From Camelus ferus (lineage: Eukaryota): 64,000 bases of DNA. Shown here piece after piece: positions 12,654 through 23,791 of the stretch (positions are counted from its first letter, which is position 1; every line of letters begins with the position of its first letter). A program made the translations under genes and the position numbers. The stretch is from assembly GCF_009834535.1 (NCBI RefSeq), contig NC_045697.1:111106001-111170000 (forward strand), in the 5' to 3' direction. The notes beneath the pieces are model-generated. The model ran no database searches. It was given only the letters and a program-made list of their open reading frames with translations, and had not been told where the DNA came from.

Positions 12654-14869
12654 TCCAAACAATGACCCAGGAGCTATCAGTTAAGCACATTCTTCACCAT
12701 ATCACTGCACAACATGATTGCATCATTTTACCTCTGGATTCAAGTGACTTTTTTTCCATTTTATACAGCAATCAGTTGATTTCATTTCTCATACAGATAG
12801 CGCTCTGCTCACAAAGCAGGAAACATGGTCTGAGGCTGACAGAGAAGAAAGGTAAATAGTAGCAATGAGAATAACACAATAAGCCTTTTCAGGACCATGC
12901 AGATAACTACCTACTCCTTCATCTTATTTCTCCCACACACAAGTAGCTTCCATCTCCTTCTGTCATTTCAGTCAAAACTGGTTGTGTGCTGTGAATTACC
13001 GAGGGCTCAGAATTCTAATTCCTCACACCTTGGTCATCAGCCAGTCTAATAAAAATGTGAGAAATCCAAAGGGTGAGGGTCATTGTCACACTTCCAAGCA
13101 GCTGTCTTCCGGTCACCTGGCACAGGGAAAGTCTTCTTATGTTGATAGTTGTATTTTGGGATTTGTTTACCTCCTTTTATTGATATGCTCCTTTTCCCCC
13201 AATGTGGTCAGATTAATGGCTCAATTATATTTTCAAAGATAAGATGAAGAAGGAAGAAAAGTGACTGATGAAATTTACTCTAAAAAAACACAAGGCTGTG
13301 AACCCAAATGTTTAGATAGTTATCTGGAGGATATTGCCTTATAGTTCTACCCGGTATACAGTGAGCTTTTAAAAAATTATTTCTTCTCCACGAGCTGATC
13401 ATTACACATTGCTTACTAGGTTTTCACGAGTCCCCATATTTCAAGGATCATTTTCAGATTTTTACTCTGTGCGGTCTCAAAACCGTGAGTTGGACACAGC
13501 ATGCAAATTCTTGAATGAAGCATAATATGCACAGTAAGAAATTAATTCATTTTGCAGTGGGTGAGTCTTTAAACATCACCATATATTGTTTAAAACGTAC
13601 CTTGCTGATTTTCAGCAAGAAACAAATCACAGAAAAATCTAATGCTGGTTTAAAAAAAAAAAAAAGAAAAAAATAATATTTTGAAACAAAACAAAATAAA
13701 AACCGCTTTATCTTCCAGAGCCAGAAGTGTGGAGTTAGCGGCACAGTGGCTGACCCCAGCTTTCAGTATATTCTCCGTTCTAAGGGACATTGACAGGAAA
13801 TGGTCAGCCTAGAGATACAATGAAAGGAAACTCAGCAGTGAAGGTTTCACTGATAACATGTGATTTGAAGTCAGTGAACGGACCTAACAGTCATTCACCA
13901 GCTTAGGCCAAAGCGTGTAATAATCCAAAGGCGCCATTAAAATCTTGTCATAAAAGCACACAGAGGATGGCATTTGACACAGGAGGAGGGGCCCAGTATT
14001 TTCCTAGTAATGGTCTGGTTGCAGTGACTGGTATCAATATTGAGCTCTTTCACAACATTCTGTGTATCTAACCTATATTTGCCCTAAAGTTTCTTATGGG
14101 ATACCATAAAAGATGACTAATTTTTAAAGTAATCTCGTCTGTGATAAAATGTGGACAAACCAATGTTCAGCCCCTTCCCTTCTCACCTCCTGCTGTTTCT
14201 CTCCACCTGCCATCTTCCCTTTTATCTTAGAGAATAGCTGTTCCTAGTAGACAAAAATCACCAAAATTCAATGTTTCTCTTTCATAGTTTTGTATAGAAC
14301 TCATCCCAGTTTTCTTAAATGGAGCATGTCCTCTGAGCGATCATTAAACTTCTTCAGACATCAGGGACTGTACTGAATTACATTACACCATCCTCAGAGA
14401 CTCCAGAGCGTGTAACACCTTTGTTCCTGCACAGAGCACATTATGCGGCCCCCCAATGACTTAGATTTTTTGCCCTATCTTATTTTCATAGTATTTTTTT
14501 TTTTTATCACTTCCCTTGTTACCAGGTTGCCAGCCTCACAAGATGCGGGAGAGTAAGAGTTTAAATCCTCAGATAGAAGTGCTTGCTATTGGTTATCTTT
14601 CTTAACATTTGCAGTTTATTTTTTTGCCCTTAGAAAGTGAATGGGTTAAATTGTGAGTAAAATAAGAGAAAATAAATGTTGAGTGGAAATTTAAAGACTT
14701 TCATCGAGTAAACTTTAGCACTTTGATTTTTAATACAGATTTTTATCGCTCAAAGATCTTTTGCGGAATTCCAAGTTTTCAATTCTTTTAAATCGGTAGT
14801 AAATAGGTGTAAAACTAATTTTAGTGAGATGACATTGTTTACTGTGAATCTGTGATTTATAGTAAAGAA

Positions 14870-15208
14870 CGGCACCATCCGATGGAAATATACTGTGAGT
14901 CACATTTAATTGTAAATTTCCTACTAGACCTAATAAAAAAAGTACAAAGAAACAGGTGGAATTAATTTTATTTTATATATTTTATATATAAATAGAATAG
15001 AAATAATACATTTTATATAACCCAATATATCCAAAATACTATTTTAACATATGAAACTGAGGGTTTTTTTCACTATTTTATCCACACCAAGCCTTTGAAA
15101 TCCCATGCATATCTTACACACATAGCATATTTTAACTTCGACTAGCTGTCTTTAAACTGTTTAACAGTTACATGTGGCTGGTGGTTATCACATTGGACTG
15201 CACAGCTA
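14870..15208. mobile_element. MER33-like hAT-Charlie non-autonomous DNA transposon
   Basis: aaagaaacaggtggaattaatttta...taacccaatatatccaaaata...acatgtggctggtggttatcacattggactgcacagct matches the recalled MER33 consensus end to end. Confidence 0.85.
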
Positions 15209-15559
15209 CAGAGGACTGCTTTCCTTAATCTTGAGGTGTCTGTGGGTCTAATCAACAGCCTTCTGAAAAATTACGAAGGATTTAATGGAAAGTCATTCTA
15301 TTCAAAATGGCCTTGTTTACCTAGAACTATAGGGAGAAAAATCTGTTTGGCTCACTTGGGGCACCAGAATGTACATTTTGCTGGTAAATTATGACCTCCC
15401 AAGTTTAGCTTTTTCTATTTAATGATACGTGAAGTGGTTCGTAAAGTCAGCACTTCATGACAATGTCAAAGTTTTCGTGGAGAATGGCTGAACCCACTCT
15501 CTAAGGGTGTGTGTTATAATTTACAATGCATATTCATATATGATCAATTTACATGGCAG

Positions 15560-15880
15560 ACCTCAGTCACGCATCTCCTATGTGTATGGGACAGGCTACG
15601 TGTAGGGGTAGGTGAAGGGCTGCAAAACCAGACAGCTTCTGGCCTCAGGGAGTATCCACGCTAGTGAGAAAGAGACGTGAATCAAATTATCAGGCAAAAT
15701 CGCAACAATGAGAAATGCTGTAACAGAGGACACTGTCTCATGAACATAAAAGGAGGTTTGACCCAGGGGGCAAGGTCAAAGAAAACTTCCTTGAGGAAGT
15801 GGTGCTTGAGCTGAGATCTGAGGGTTGACTAACCCTGAGCAGCAGAGAGGAGCCGGGAGGCAGACGCTGTGCATGTTTGA
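15560..15880 (-). mobile_element. L2 fragment
   Basis: ggtcaaagaaaacttccttgaggaagtggtgcttgagctgagatctgaggg is a hallmark L2 phrase. Confidence 0.75.
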
Positions 15881-16199
15881 TACCAGGCTCTGGTTTTATC
15901 TCATGAAGAAACTGGTGAAGAGAAACCTTCCCTGTGGCTGAGGGAGCAGTTCTCACCCAGACTGAATTCTTGACTTTTCTTCCTGACAGTCTCTTGTGAG
16001 CCCAGGGCTCTTTTCCGGTAACTTTGGTGCCAAGCTGGGAGAGTCTCTTCTGCTCCAGGGGTCTTCATGCCTTTGTTTCTGCCTTAGGCATTTAGTACGC
16101 TCCAGGACTCCTTTGATTATGCCTTTCATCTCGTCTTTAAAATGCAATATGTGAAATACATGTGAGTGGGAATTTCTGTATTATTAATTCACCAACTGG

Positions 16200-17160
16200 T
16201 AAAACTTCTTGCAACATATAAAAAATAATATAACTCATAAATCAGTAAAAAAAAAAAAAATCAAACAAAAAACCAATTCAGTGAATAAAATGGGCGAAGG
16301 ACAAAAAGAGGCAATTCACATGAGAAGAAACCCAAATGACAAATACACATGAAGCTCAGCAGTTACCAAAGAGATAAAAATAATATCTATTGATTTTGTT
16401 TAGCTTCTCTTACTGAGAAAGATGCCAAGCAGCATGGTGTGTCTCTAAGGAAACAAGCATGTATTCTAACATACTACTGGGGAGAAGAGTTGTCTGGAAC
16501 CACAATTAGTTCACAATTAGTTAACAATCAGTTAACATGCACTAAAAGTTAACATGCACTAAGAGTTGTCTGGAACCACAATTAGTTCACAATTAGTTAA
16601 CAATCAGTTAACATGCACTAAAAGTTAACATGCACTAAGAGTTGCCTGGAACAGTTAGTTAACACGCACTTAAAGACTTAGAGTGTATGCCCACTGATCC
16701 AGCATTTCCACTCTTGGAATTTATTCTGAGGAACTAATCAGACAGGTAGTTAAAATAAATGTATAAATTTGGGGCTATATTAGTTAAATAAAATATAAAA
16801 TGGGGCCCACCTAAATATCCAACAATAGAGGAATGCTTAAAAATTATGTTATTACAAATAAGTTACTGTAAAGTATGATGTATTTGTGTATTTATTCAGA
16901 AGATATTCATAGTATTCTGATCAGTGAAAAGGAAAACAGGGTATGAACAATACGATTCTGGGTTTTGGGGTTTTTTTTTTGTAAAAATTTCTACATACAC
17001 AGGCAATATATGAGTGTCCTTACATTGGAAAAAGTTTGGAAAATATAGCAGTTCTAACACACAGCAGTGTGACCATATATAACTTTTTATTTTTATTTAT
17101 CTAGATTTTCTACTTTTAATAGCAATTTCCTCTCATACATCAAAAATAAACATTCTTTTT
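16200..17160 (+). mobile_element. Ancient L1 (L1ME-like) 3' portion, interrupted by a tandem duplication
   Basis: aaaatgggcgaaggacaaaaagaggcaattcaca; gatccagcatttccactcttggaatttattc; cctaaatatccaacaatagaggaatg. Confidence 0.8.
16485..16671. repeat. Perfect 76-bp tandem duplication (2 copies) plus a shorter ancestral-looking third unit
   Basis: 16485-16560 and 16561-16636 are identical; 16637-16671 is aagagttgcctggaacagttagttaacacgcactt. Confidence 0.97.
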
Positions 17161-17696
17161 AAAATAATACTTTTTCATTTAGAAAATTTTAAGGAAGAAA
17201 AAAAGAAAATTTTAATGAAGAAGTTTTATAAAAGGAAAGAAAAACAAAAAAATTATTTGTTGTATTACCATCCAAAGACAACTGCATTAACGCTGGAAAG
17301 TATTTTGGTTCAATCTATTTTTTAAACTATAACTATTTTTTTAAAACACAGTTTTGATCAATTTTAATTGGGCTTCTGAGACCAGTGTTAAACCTTGCCT
17401 GAGGGACAGAGGATTTTCTTGTATCCAGTTACAGGGTTTTTCCAAAACAGGATGATAACAGCTTACAATTAGGTTGGCTGAATTGAAGCTTTCTCCAGAT
17501 ACCCTTGTAAAAGAAGACACCAGCTCTCTCCCTTCTTGGTGTGTTCACTTCAGTCAGATGTGGTTGTTCTCAGCCAGTTATTCTCCTAGGAATTTCAGCT
17601 GAATAGGTTGCCTGCCTATTAATAATCACACAAGACAGTCCTGCAAAATACCCAGAGTCAGCATTAAGAACAAGATTATTAATAATCTTATTCAAG

Positions 17697-17955
17697 AAAC
17701 ACAGTGGCTAAAAAGACAGACTCTGAAGCCAGATTACCTGGGTTCAAGTCCTAGTTCTGACACTTTCTAGCTATGTCACCTAAGACTAATGATTGAACTT
17801 TATGTGCCTTAATTTCTTCTTCTGTAAAATTGGAAAAATAAAGGCCTCTGCCTCATAAATTGTTGGAAACATTGCATGTTAATATGGACAAAACACTTAC
17901 AATAGTGTGTGGCCCAAATATAAACGCTCAATAAGTGTTACTTTATATCACTATT
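17697..17955 (+). mobile_element. MIR SINE, near full length
   Basis: cagactctgaagccagattacctgggttcaagtcctagttctgacactttctagctatgtcacc...ctgtaaaattgg...aaacgctcaataagtgtta. Confidence 0.9.
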
Positions 17956-18499
17956 CAGAGACCACACCTTCCTGGAAATGATGCCGGGTGCACAGTCACT
18001 AAAAGGTGCGGAAATGTGCGTTGTGGCTTCGACAGGGCAGCCGACTGAACAAACGTGTGCCCGACATGATCATCGCCAACCCGCACAAGGACACTTCAAA
18101 GTAAGTGTTGTTCCTATTTTTAGGATTATGTAACTGGGGTCCCTAAAGTCAGGTAACTTCCCAAAGACACACATAGTTAAAAGGAGATGGAACACGGTGA
18201 CTTAGAGGCGTGGCTTATGCCTTAGGCTTATGCATTTCATTTGCTAGAATAATTTCTGGACTAGGGAAATCTAAAAGATAGAGATAAACATGTCATTATT
18301 TTTTTTCATATTTTCCCCTTTCTTCAATAACAGAATTAATTCCACAATATTTATGGAGCACGTGCCATGGACCAGAAACTATTATAAGAACTGGAACTAC
18401 TCTGTCCTTTAAGAATTTATTTTCTAGATAGAGAAACAAGCAATAAATAAACAATGTGCCAGTTATTAAGCTATTATTTCTAATCTGCAAACCCTCCTA

Positions 18500-19165
18500 T
18501 ATTCAGCTTTGCGATGGTGGGGCGCACACTCACCCCTCCCCAGCCAGTCCCGGGCACCTGCGGTCTGGCGCTGGAGCCGAGGAGGACCTTGCTCGCTGTG
18601 GCTGGCACAGGCTCTCGCTCAGCCCAGCAGACCGGGGGCACCTCGCCCTCCGTTCTCCAGGAGCCAGGAGCGCTGGGAGGTGATGAGTGAGAGGATGGAC
18701 TCGGAGATGGTGGCGCAAACTCACAGGCTCTCCGGCAGGTGGGAGTGCAGTGGGGAACCGAGCATGTCCGCTTTGCCCGCTGGTTCCCTGTTAAGCTCTG
18801 CCAAGAGGGGGCGCTGCAGAGAAAGTGAAGGGCTCCCCGAGAGCTTCCTGCCCGCTGCTTGCCTCCGGAACATCCCTCTAGAGTCGCTTCTTTCATCCTC
18901 CAAGTAGCAGCTGCCTCCCGTAGCAGCAGGTGAATGCAGTTTGCAGTTATTTCCAGAGAACCAGCTGCACCATGATCCTCAAAAACATCAGCATGGGCTG
19001 GCTGGGCTGCCTTTTCAGACGTCTGGGCTTCAGGTAAGACGGCACTAAGGGACTAAGATTAGTACCTCCAGTCTCTTCCCTTCGTGCCCCCAGCCCCAAG
19101 TGTGACAGCTGCCGCCGGAAGTGGGTAGGTACCCTGCGACATCTCGGCGTTCTCTTCTTACGCTT
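18500..19165. promoter_or_regulatory. Small CpG-rich island, candidate promoter or insulator
   Basis: About 30 CpGs in ~650 bp by hand count against a CpG-poor background; CTCF-like motif at 18799-18817; ETS motif CCGGAAGTG at 19115-19123; splice-donor-like CAG|GTAAGA at 19031-19039. Confidence 0.6.
18799..18817 (+). promoter_or_regulatory. CTCF binding motif
   Basis: TGCCAAGAGGGGGCGCTGC versus core CCASYAGRKGGCRS; mismatches only at the two positions after CCA; located in CpG-retaining sequence. Confidence 0.65.
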
Positions 19166-19239
19166 TCTAAGCCTTTCAGTTACTTAGTTAAAATGCTGTA
19201 TTCACCTCAGTAAGTGAACGGACCATTAGATACTTGGTT

Positions 19240-19640
19240 TTTATCCCGTGTTGAGCAAGTCCTATTTCCAATTCTTCACTTCTCAACACGGCTGCCATGA
19301 AGAGTGTGCATAAAACTTTTTTCCTTCAGTATTTAGGATTATTTCTTTAAGACAGATTTCCAGAAATGGAATTACTATCTTGAAGAATATGGCTGTTAAA
19401 ATATTCTCTGTGTAGACTTATGCACACTCACATATGGCTAAAAACCCGTAGATGTGTGTGCATAAGTATCTTTCCAAAAGATTTTGCCAATTACTCTTCT
19501 TCAAATAATGAAAGGGAATGTTTATATCATTTTCCCTTATCAGTTCTTGATAAAATTATGTCTTTCTTGTTTTTGCTTAATTTACTTGCACTGTATTGTT
19601 AGTGTGGTCTAGCACATTTTCATGTTTGTTATGTAAATTT
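19240..19640 (-). mobile_element. Old L1 fragment
   Basis: ggattatttctttaagacagatttccagaaatggaattact...tttccaaaagattttgccaattactc is a decayed antisense L1 ORF2 end. Confidence 0.65.
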
Positions 19641-20329
19641 TGAGACTGTGAGTTAGTTATTTTCTACAAATCACTGTTCTTCTAAATGTTTGTTGTCAAT
19701 CGTCTAATGGATTTTATATTTTAAGTCATGCCCATGATAAGAATAAGTAAGGAAATGATTTTATCTCTTTCTAGCTTTCAGAATTCCAGAAAACAATAGG
19801 CATATTTTAAATATAGTCTTTAATGGTCCCAAGATACTTTCAGGAAGTGATCCCGATAGAGGAATAGTATAGATTTTTAATAAATAGTTTATGAATGAGC
19901 TAAAAATTATAGCTATTTATTTTCTCCTAAAAATAGTTAATGTGTGATTTTCATTGGCTAACAAACAGTACTGCAAACTGGTTAATAGAGAAAAGTGCTT
20001 TTAAGCAAACTACTCTTCACCAGGCTTCTTAGTAAATCACCATGCACCTGATGACTACCCATAATTCCACATTTTCTACTTTTAGTTCATTTTTTTTTTT
20101 TTTTTTTTTTTACTGTCATCATGTAGTCTTTTGAACCAGGGTAAATGACTTTCCATTTTCAACTGTCATCTTCACTTACTAAATTCAAGTTGTTTTCTCT
20201 GATCGTTTTGATCAGAGGATTAAATTAATCAAGGACCCTTTTTAATCCATTACGAGGGCAGTTTTTACAGGTGGGGTGATGGTTTGGAGGATTGAATAAA
20301 TACTGTCCTTAAACATAGGAGAATCCTGT

Positions 20330-20832
20330 GTTCCTTTATGGATGAGTGACAAAAACAGCAAATATGTGCCCCAATCCATTCTGCTTTTCTTTTTTAGTAA
20401 CAGATCTTTAGTTCTATCCCTGCAGTGATGCGCTGGCCAAGAGTCCACCTTTCCCATGCCCTCTGGCAACGAGGATGACTGGTGAGATATAAGTGGAAGT
20501 TACTGGGTGGGATTTCTGGAAAGACCTTTTGGCATTTCTTTCTCTTTCTCCTGAAGCCTCACAGAAACAGTGATATGATGGCTGGAGCTCCAGAAACCGC
20601 CCTGTGCCCGTGAAAATACAAAACATGTGCTGAGTACAGCAGAGCAGAGAGAAAGAGCATAGTTCTCCGATACACAGTGTGTAGAGAGGTAGATAGATGG
20701 GTAGATAGATGTGACGTACTTCCCTCAGCCATGGTAAGCTTCCTAGCTTCAGATTCCTTTAACATGAGATGGAGCTACATGTCTCTTGCTTAGACTATTG
20801 TCACTAGTAGCCAAACATAATTCTTAATGACA
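20330..20832 (+). mobile_element. MLT1 (MaLR) solo LTR, MLT1J/I-like
   Basis: gagatataagtggaagttactgggtgggatttctggaaag; gatatgatggctggagctccag; ends ...tagccaaacataattcttaatgaca. Confidence 0.75.
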
Positions 20833-21945
20833 TCTCTTCAGTGATGAAACAGTGATGCCACATGTGAACAGATACAGTCGGTTATTATTATTTCTTCTTC
20901 TGCTTTAATAGGTTTGCAGTACTAAGTTTGAATACATTAATTTTATCATATAAGTGTCTGATCATTTATTTTAAAAATTGCTCTTAGGTATTCTAAGCTT
21001 TTTGGAATTTTTAGATTTTACCTTAACATCTTCGGGTAACATCTGCAAAAGCAATCTCCAAACACTTGTGAAATGGGATTAAGAAGAATACCTACTTTGT
21101 AAGATAATATATATGTAGGCACTCAGCAAACTTTAAAGGAACATATGAATACTGGATGCTAACCAACTAAATAGATCCATGAAGCCAAGGTTAATTCATG
21201 AGAGCAAAAAATAATTACATTAAAGATAAACAAATGAAAGTAATTCTGACATAAAAAGCAAGTATATTCTTATACTTGTATGTTTTGGCAGCACAGAATT
21301 TCAAACAAATTCCCTTCTGGTAATTTTTTGCAATCCTACCATTAGATATGGGGGATTTTTTTTTCCCATCAGAGATATAAGTATTTTGTAAAGATTAGAC
21401 AACCAGTCCTGGCTCCTTTTAAGAACAGTTTGTGTGAAAATATAGCTTATGCCGTCTCATAAGGCTGCATGCTGTGCTGTGAAAACAGCAGGGAAGTTTT
21501 ATAAAAAGTAACTTCACTCACATTTTCCAATACGAATGGGAAAAAAAAAGGTTCGGTTTCCCTGACGTCGACCTGCACTCCAGCTGTTTGGGCATATTTT
21601 TGTGTGACTCTGCATTTCCCTCGGAGATTAAGATGGTCTCATAAAGAAATCACCCTTTCCAAAATAGGCAATTCGCTTTTTAATACTTTGCAAAGCATGT
21701 GATCCAAAGGAAGTCAAGGAGAAGCCTGAGCCGGTGGGAAAGACGGCTCTACAAGGTCGGAGGACCGAGATCTGCGGGGGAGAAGACGAAGGGAGGAATG
21801 AACCCACATGCATTTATATTCAGACAGTTTATTTGAAGCAGGACAGCAATTTGTACTTTGTAAAAAAAAACAAAAAAAACAAACAAAAACCAGCATTGTT
21901 TTGAGAATTATCAAAACCCTTCTTTTCAACATAGCTTAAACCATT

Positions 21946-21947
<2 letters not shown>

Positions 21948-21987
<40 letters not shown>

Positions 21988-22022
21988 TCACACTCCCTCA
22001 GCCACACACTGACTCACTCACA
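21948..22022. repeat. (CA)n microsatellite grading into (CACT)n
   Basis: Direct reading. Confidence 0.97.
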
Positions 22023-23269
22023 AGAGCTGAGAGCCTGGTTCATTGCACAGAACACATTTTACGTAATTGATAAATCTGGATATTCATTCATGTCATTGAA
22101 TCTAAAAACACGTATGATGTTTAATCAGTTCCCTTGTTGTGTTGCAGAGTTGCTACACTTACTTCTTCCTGTAGCCAGTTTTCAATTAATTACATCACCC
22201 AGTTTCAGCACCTACACTGTAAGAAGACTTCGGTGGAACAGGAAGTGAATAAAATCTAACCTCTAGGCCTTTGCAGTCCGCTAAGAGAAGGCACACACAT
22301 CCAACCCGACAACCAGCGTGGCATAGGCGAAGCTCAAAGGACAGGGTGGTTCAGATAAAGAGAAATAACCAGGTGGCGGTCCTGAATTGTGCCCAGTTCC
22401 TCGCTGCATCCTGTCATTCCATCAGAATAGCCCAACCTGTTCAGTTCTGAGTGTGCAGCTTTTACAGAAAGTACAAAAACAGAGTTTAGACAATACAAAA
22501 GAGGACATGTGCCTCTGTTTTAGAAACAAGAGTTGATAATTCTGTTAAACAGTTATCCCTTTTAGACCTTTAAACAGCCGTGCCAAATGCAAGATCCACA
22601 TTCACATTTTGTGACTTAGAGGGCTTTTGTTTTGTATATGAATTCTTGTCTTGAATAAGATTTTTATGTCCTGTTCCCAAAGAATTTTCCAAAGGAATGC
22701 ATATTCAATTTATTATAAACATCTTTGAAATAAAAACCTGAAGTTTAACATATATGTTGTTCCACAGGTGATAAGTCAAGACGATAACCTTTGTGTCACA
22801 TCTTCCATCCTGTGTCCACATAACAAGGAGCAGGTGAAGAATAGTCCACTTAGTTTCTGTGGTGTGAAAATCCAAATTAGGTAACAAGACACTTTGCAAA
22901 GATTTATAAATAAGATTATTAAAACCACAAATCAAGTGAAGAATTGGTGATAAAGCTGCCATATGTAGAAATCATCATTATCTAAATGAACAAAGGCACT
23001 CTGAATGAGAAAGGTTTACCTAAGTAAGTCAATTTTAGATATAGGGCCACAACTGGAGTGAAGAAGCAGAGGTGAAATTATAAACACTAGAGGACTTGTC
23101 CTCCAGCTGCTTGTAACATAATTTAACATACCATTAATTTTTTAAAAATTACTGTAGCATCAGTGTTGAAAATGAATCAACAGAAGTTATGAATGGATGA
23201 AGAGACAGCAGTTAGAATATGGGGTGTTTCCTAGAGTTGACTGCAGCTAGGGTTATGTTAGTAGATATT

Positions 23270-23791
23270 CATTAATTCAAAAAAACATTTTTTGAATATT
23301 AAATAAATGCAGACACACTGTTCTTGCACTGGGGATCCAGCCAAGACCAAAACATATACAAGTCCCCACCCTATGGCACTAAAATTCCGCTGGAGAAGAT
23401 ATACAATAAGATCAATACAGATAACATGTAGTATTTTACCAGAGTGATAAGTGCAAGGGAAAGAAGAAATTGGGGTAGAGAAATTTGAAATACCATTATG
23501 AGTTAAATTTTTGGTGGAAAGTCCGGGAAATGCCTCCCTGAGAAAGTAACTTTTGAGTGGATGAAAATGGGCTATGAAGATCTATCTCAGAGGGAGCACT
23601 TCATGCAGAGCGAGCGGCAGATGTGAAGGCTGTGAGACAGAACGCGCCTGGGCAGGGAGACGGCAGTGCGGCAGGAGGGCCTGGGGAGGAAGAGGAGCAC
23701 GGGAGGAAGGGAGGCAACAAGGAGCTAGGTGATGGCAGAACCTGTAGACCATTGTAGGACTTCAGCATTTACTCAGGATGGGTGGGAAGAC
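23270..23791 (-). mobile_element. L2, first part; continues at 27278 after the ERVL insertion
   Basis: attcattaattcaaaaaacattttttgaatatt...gggaaatgcctccctgagaaagtaacttttgag...cctgtagaccattgtaggacttcagcatttactc. Confidence 0.85.

Noticed and set aside
13601..13619. Inverted repeat cttgctga-ttt-tcagcaag resembling a Maf recognition element
   Set aside because: The 3-nt spacer does not fit T-MARE or C-MARE spacing; 8-bp arms are expected by chance
16485..16671. Repeated units as a CRISPR-like array
   Set aside because: Units are contiguous and identical with no unique spacers; mammalian context; no cas-like ORFs
18456..18907. Overlapping 60-138 aa ORFs on both strands
   Set aside because: Expected in GC-rich DNA depleted of stop codons; no recognisable domain
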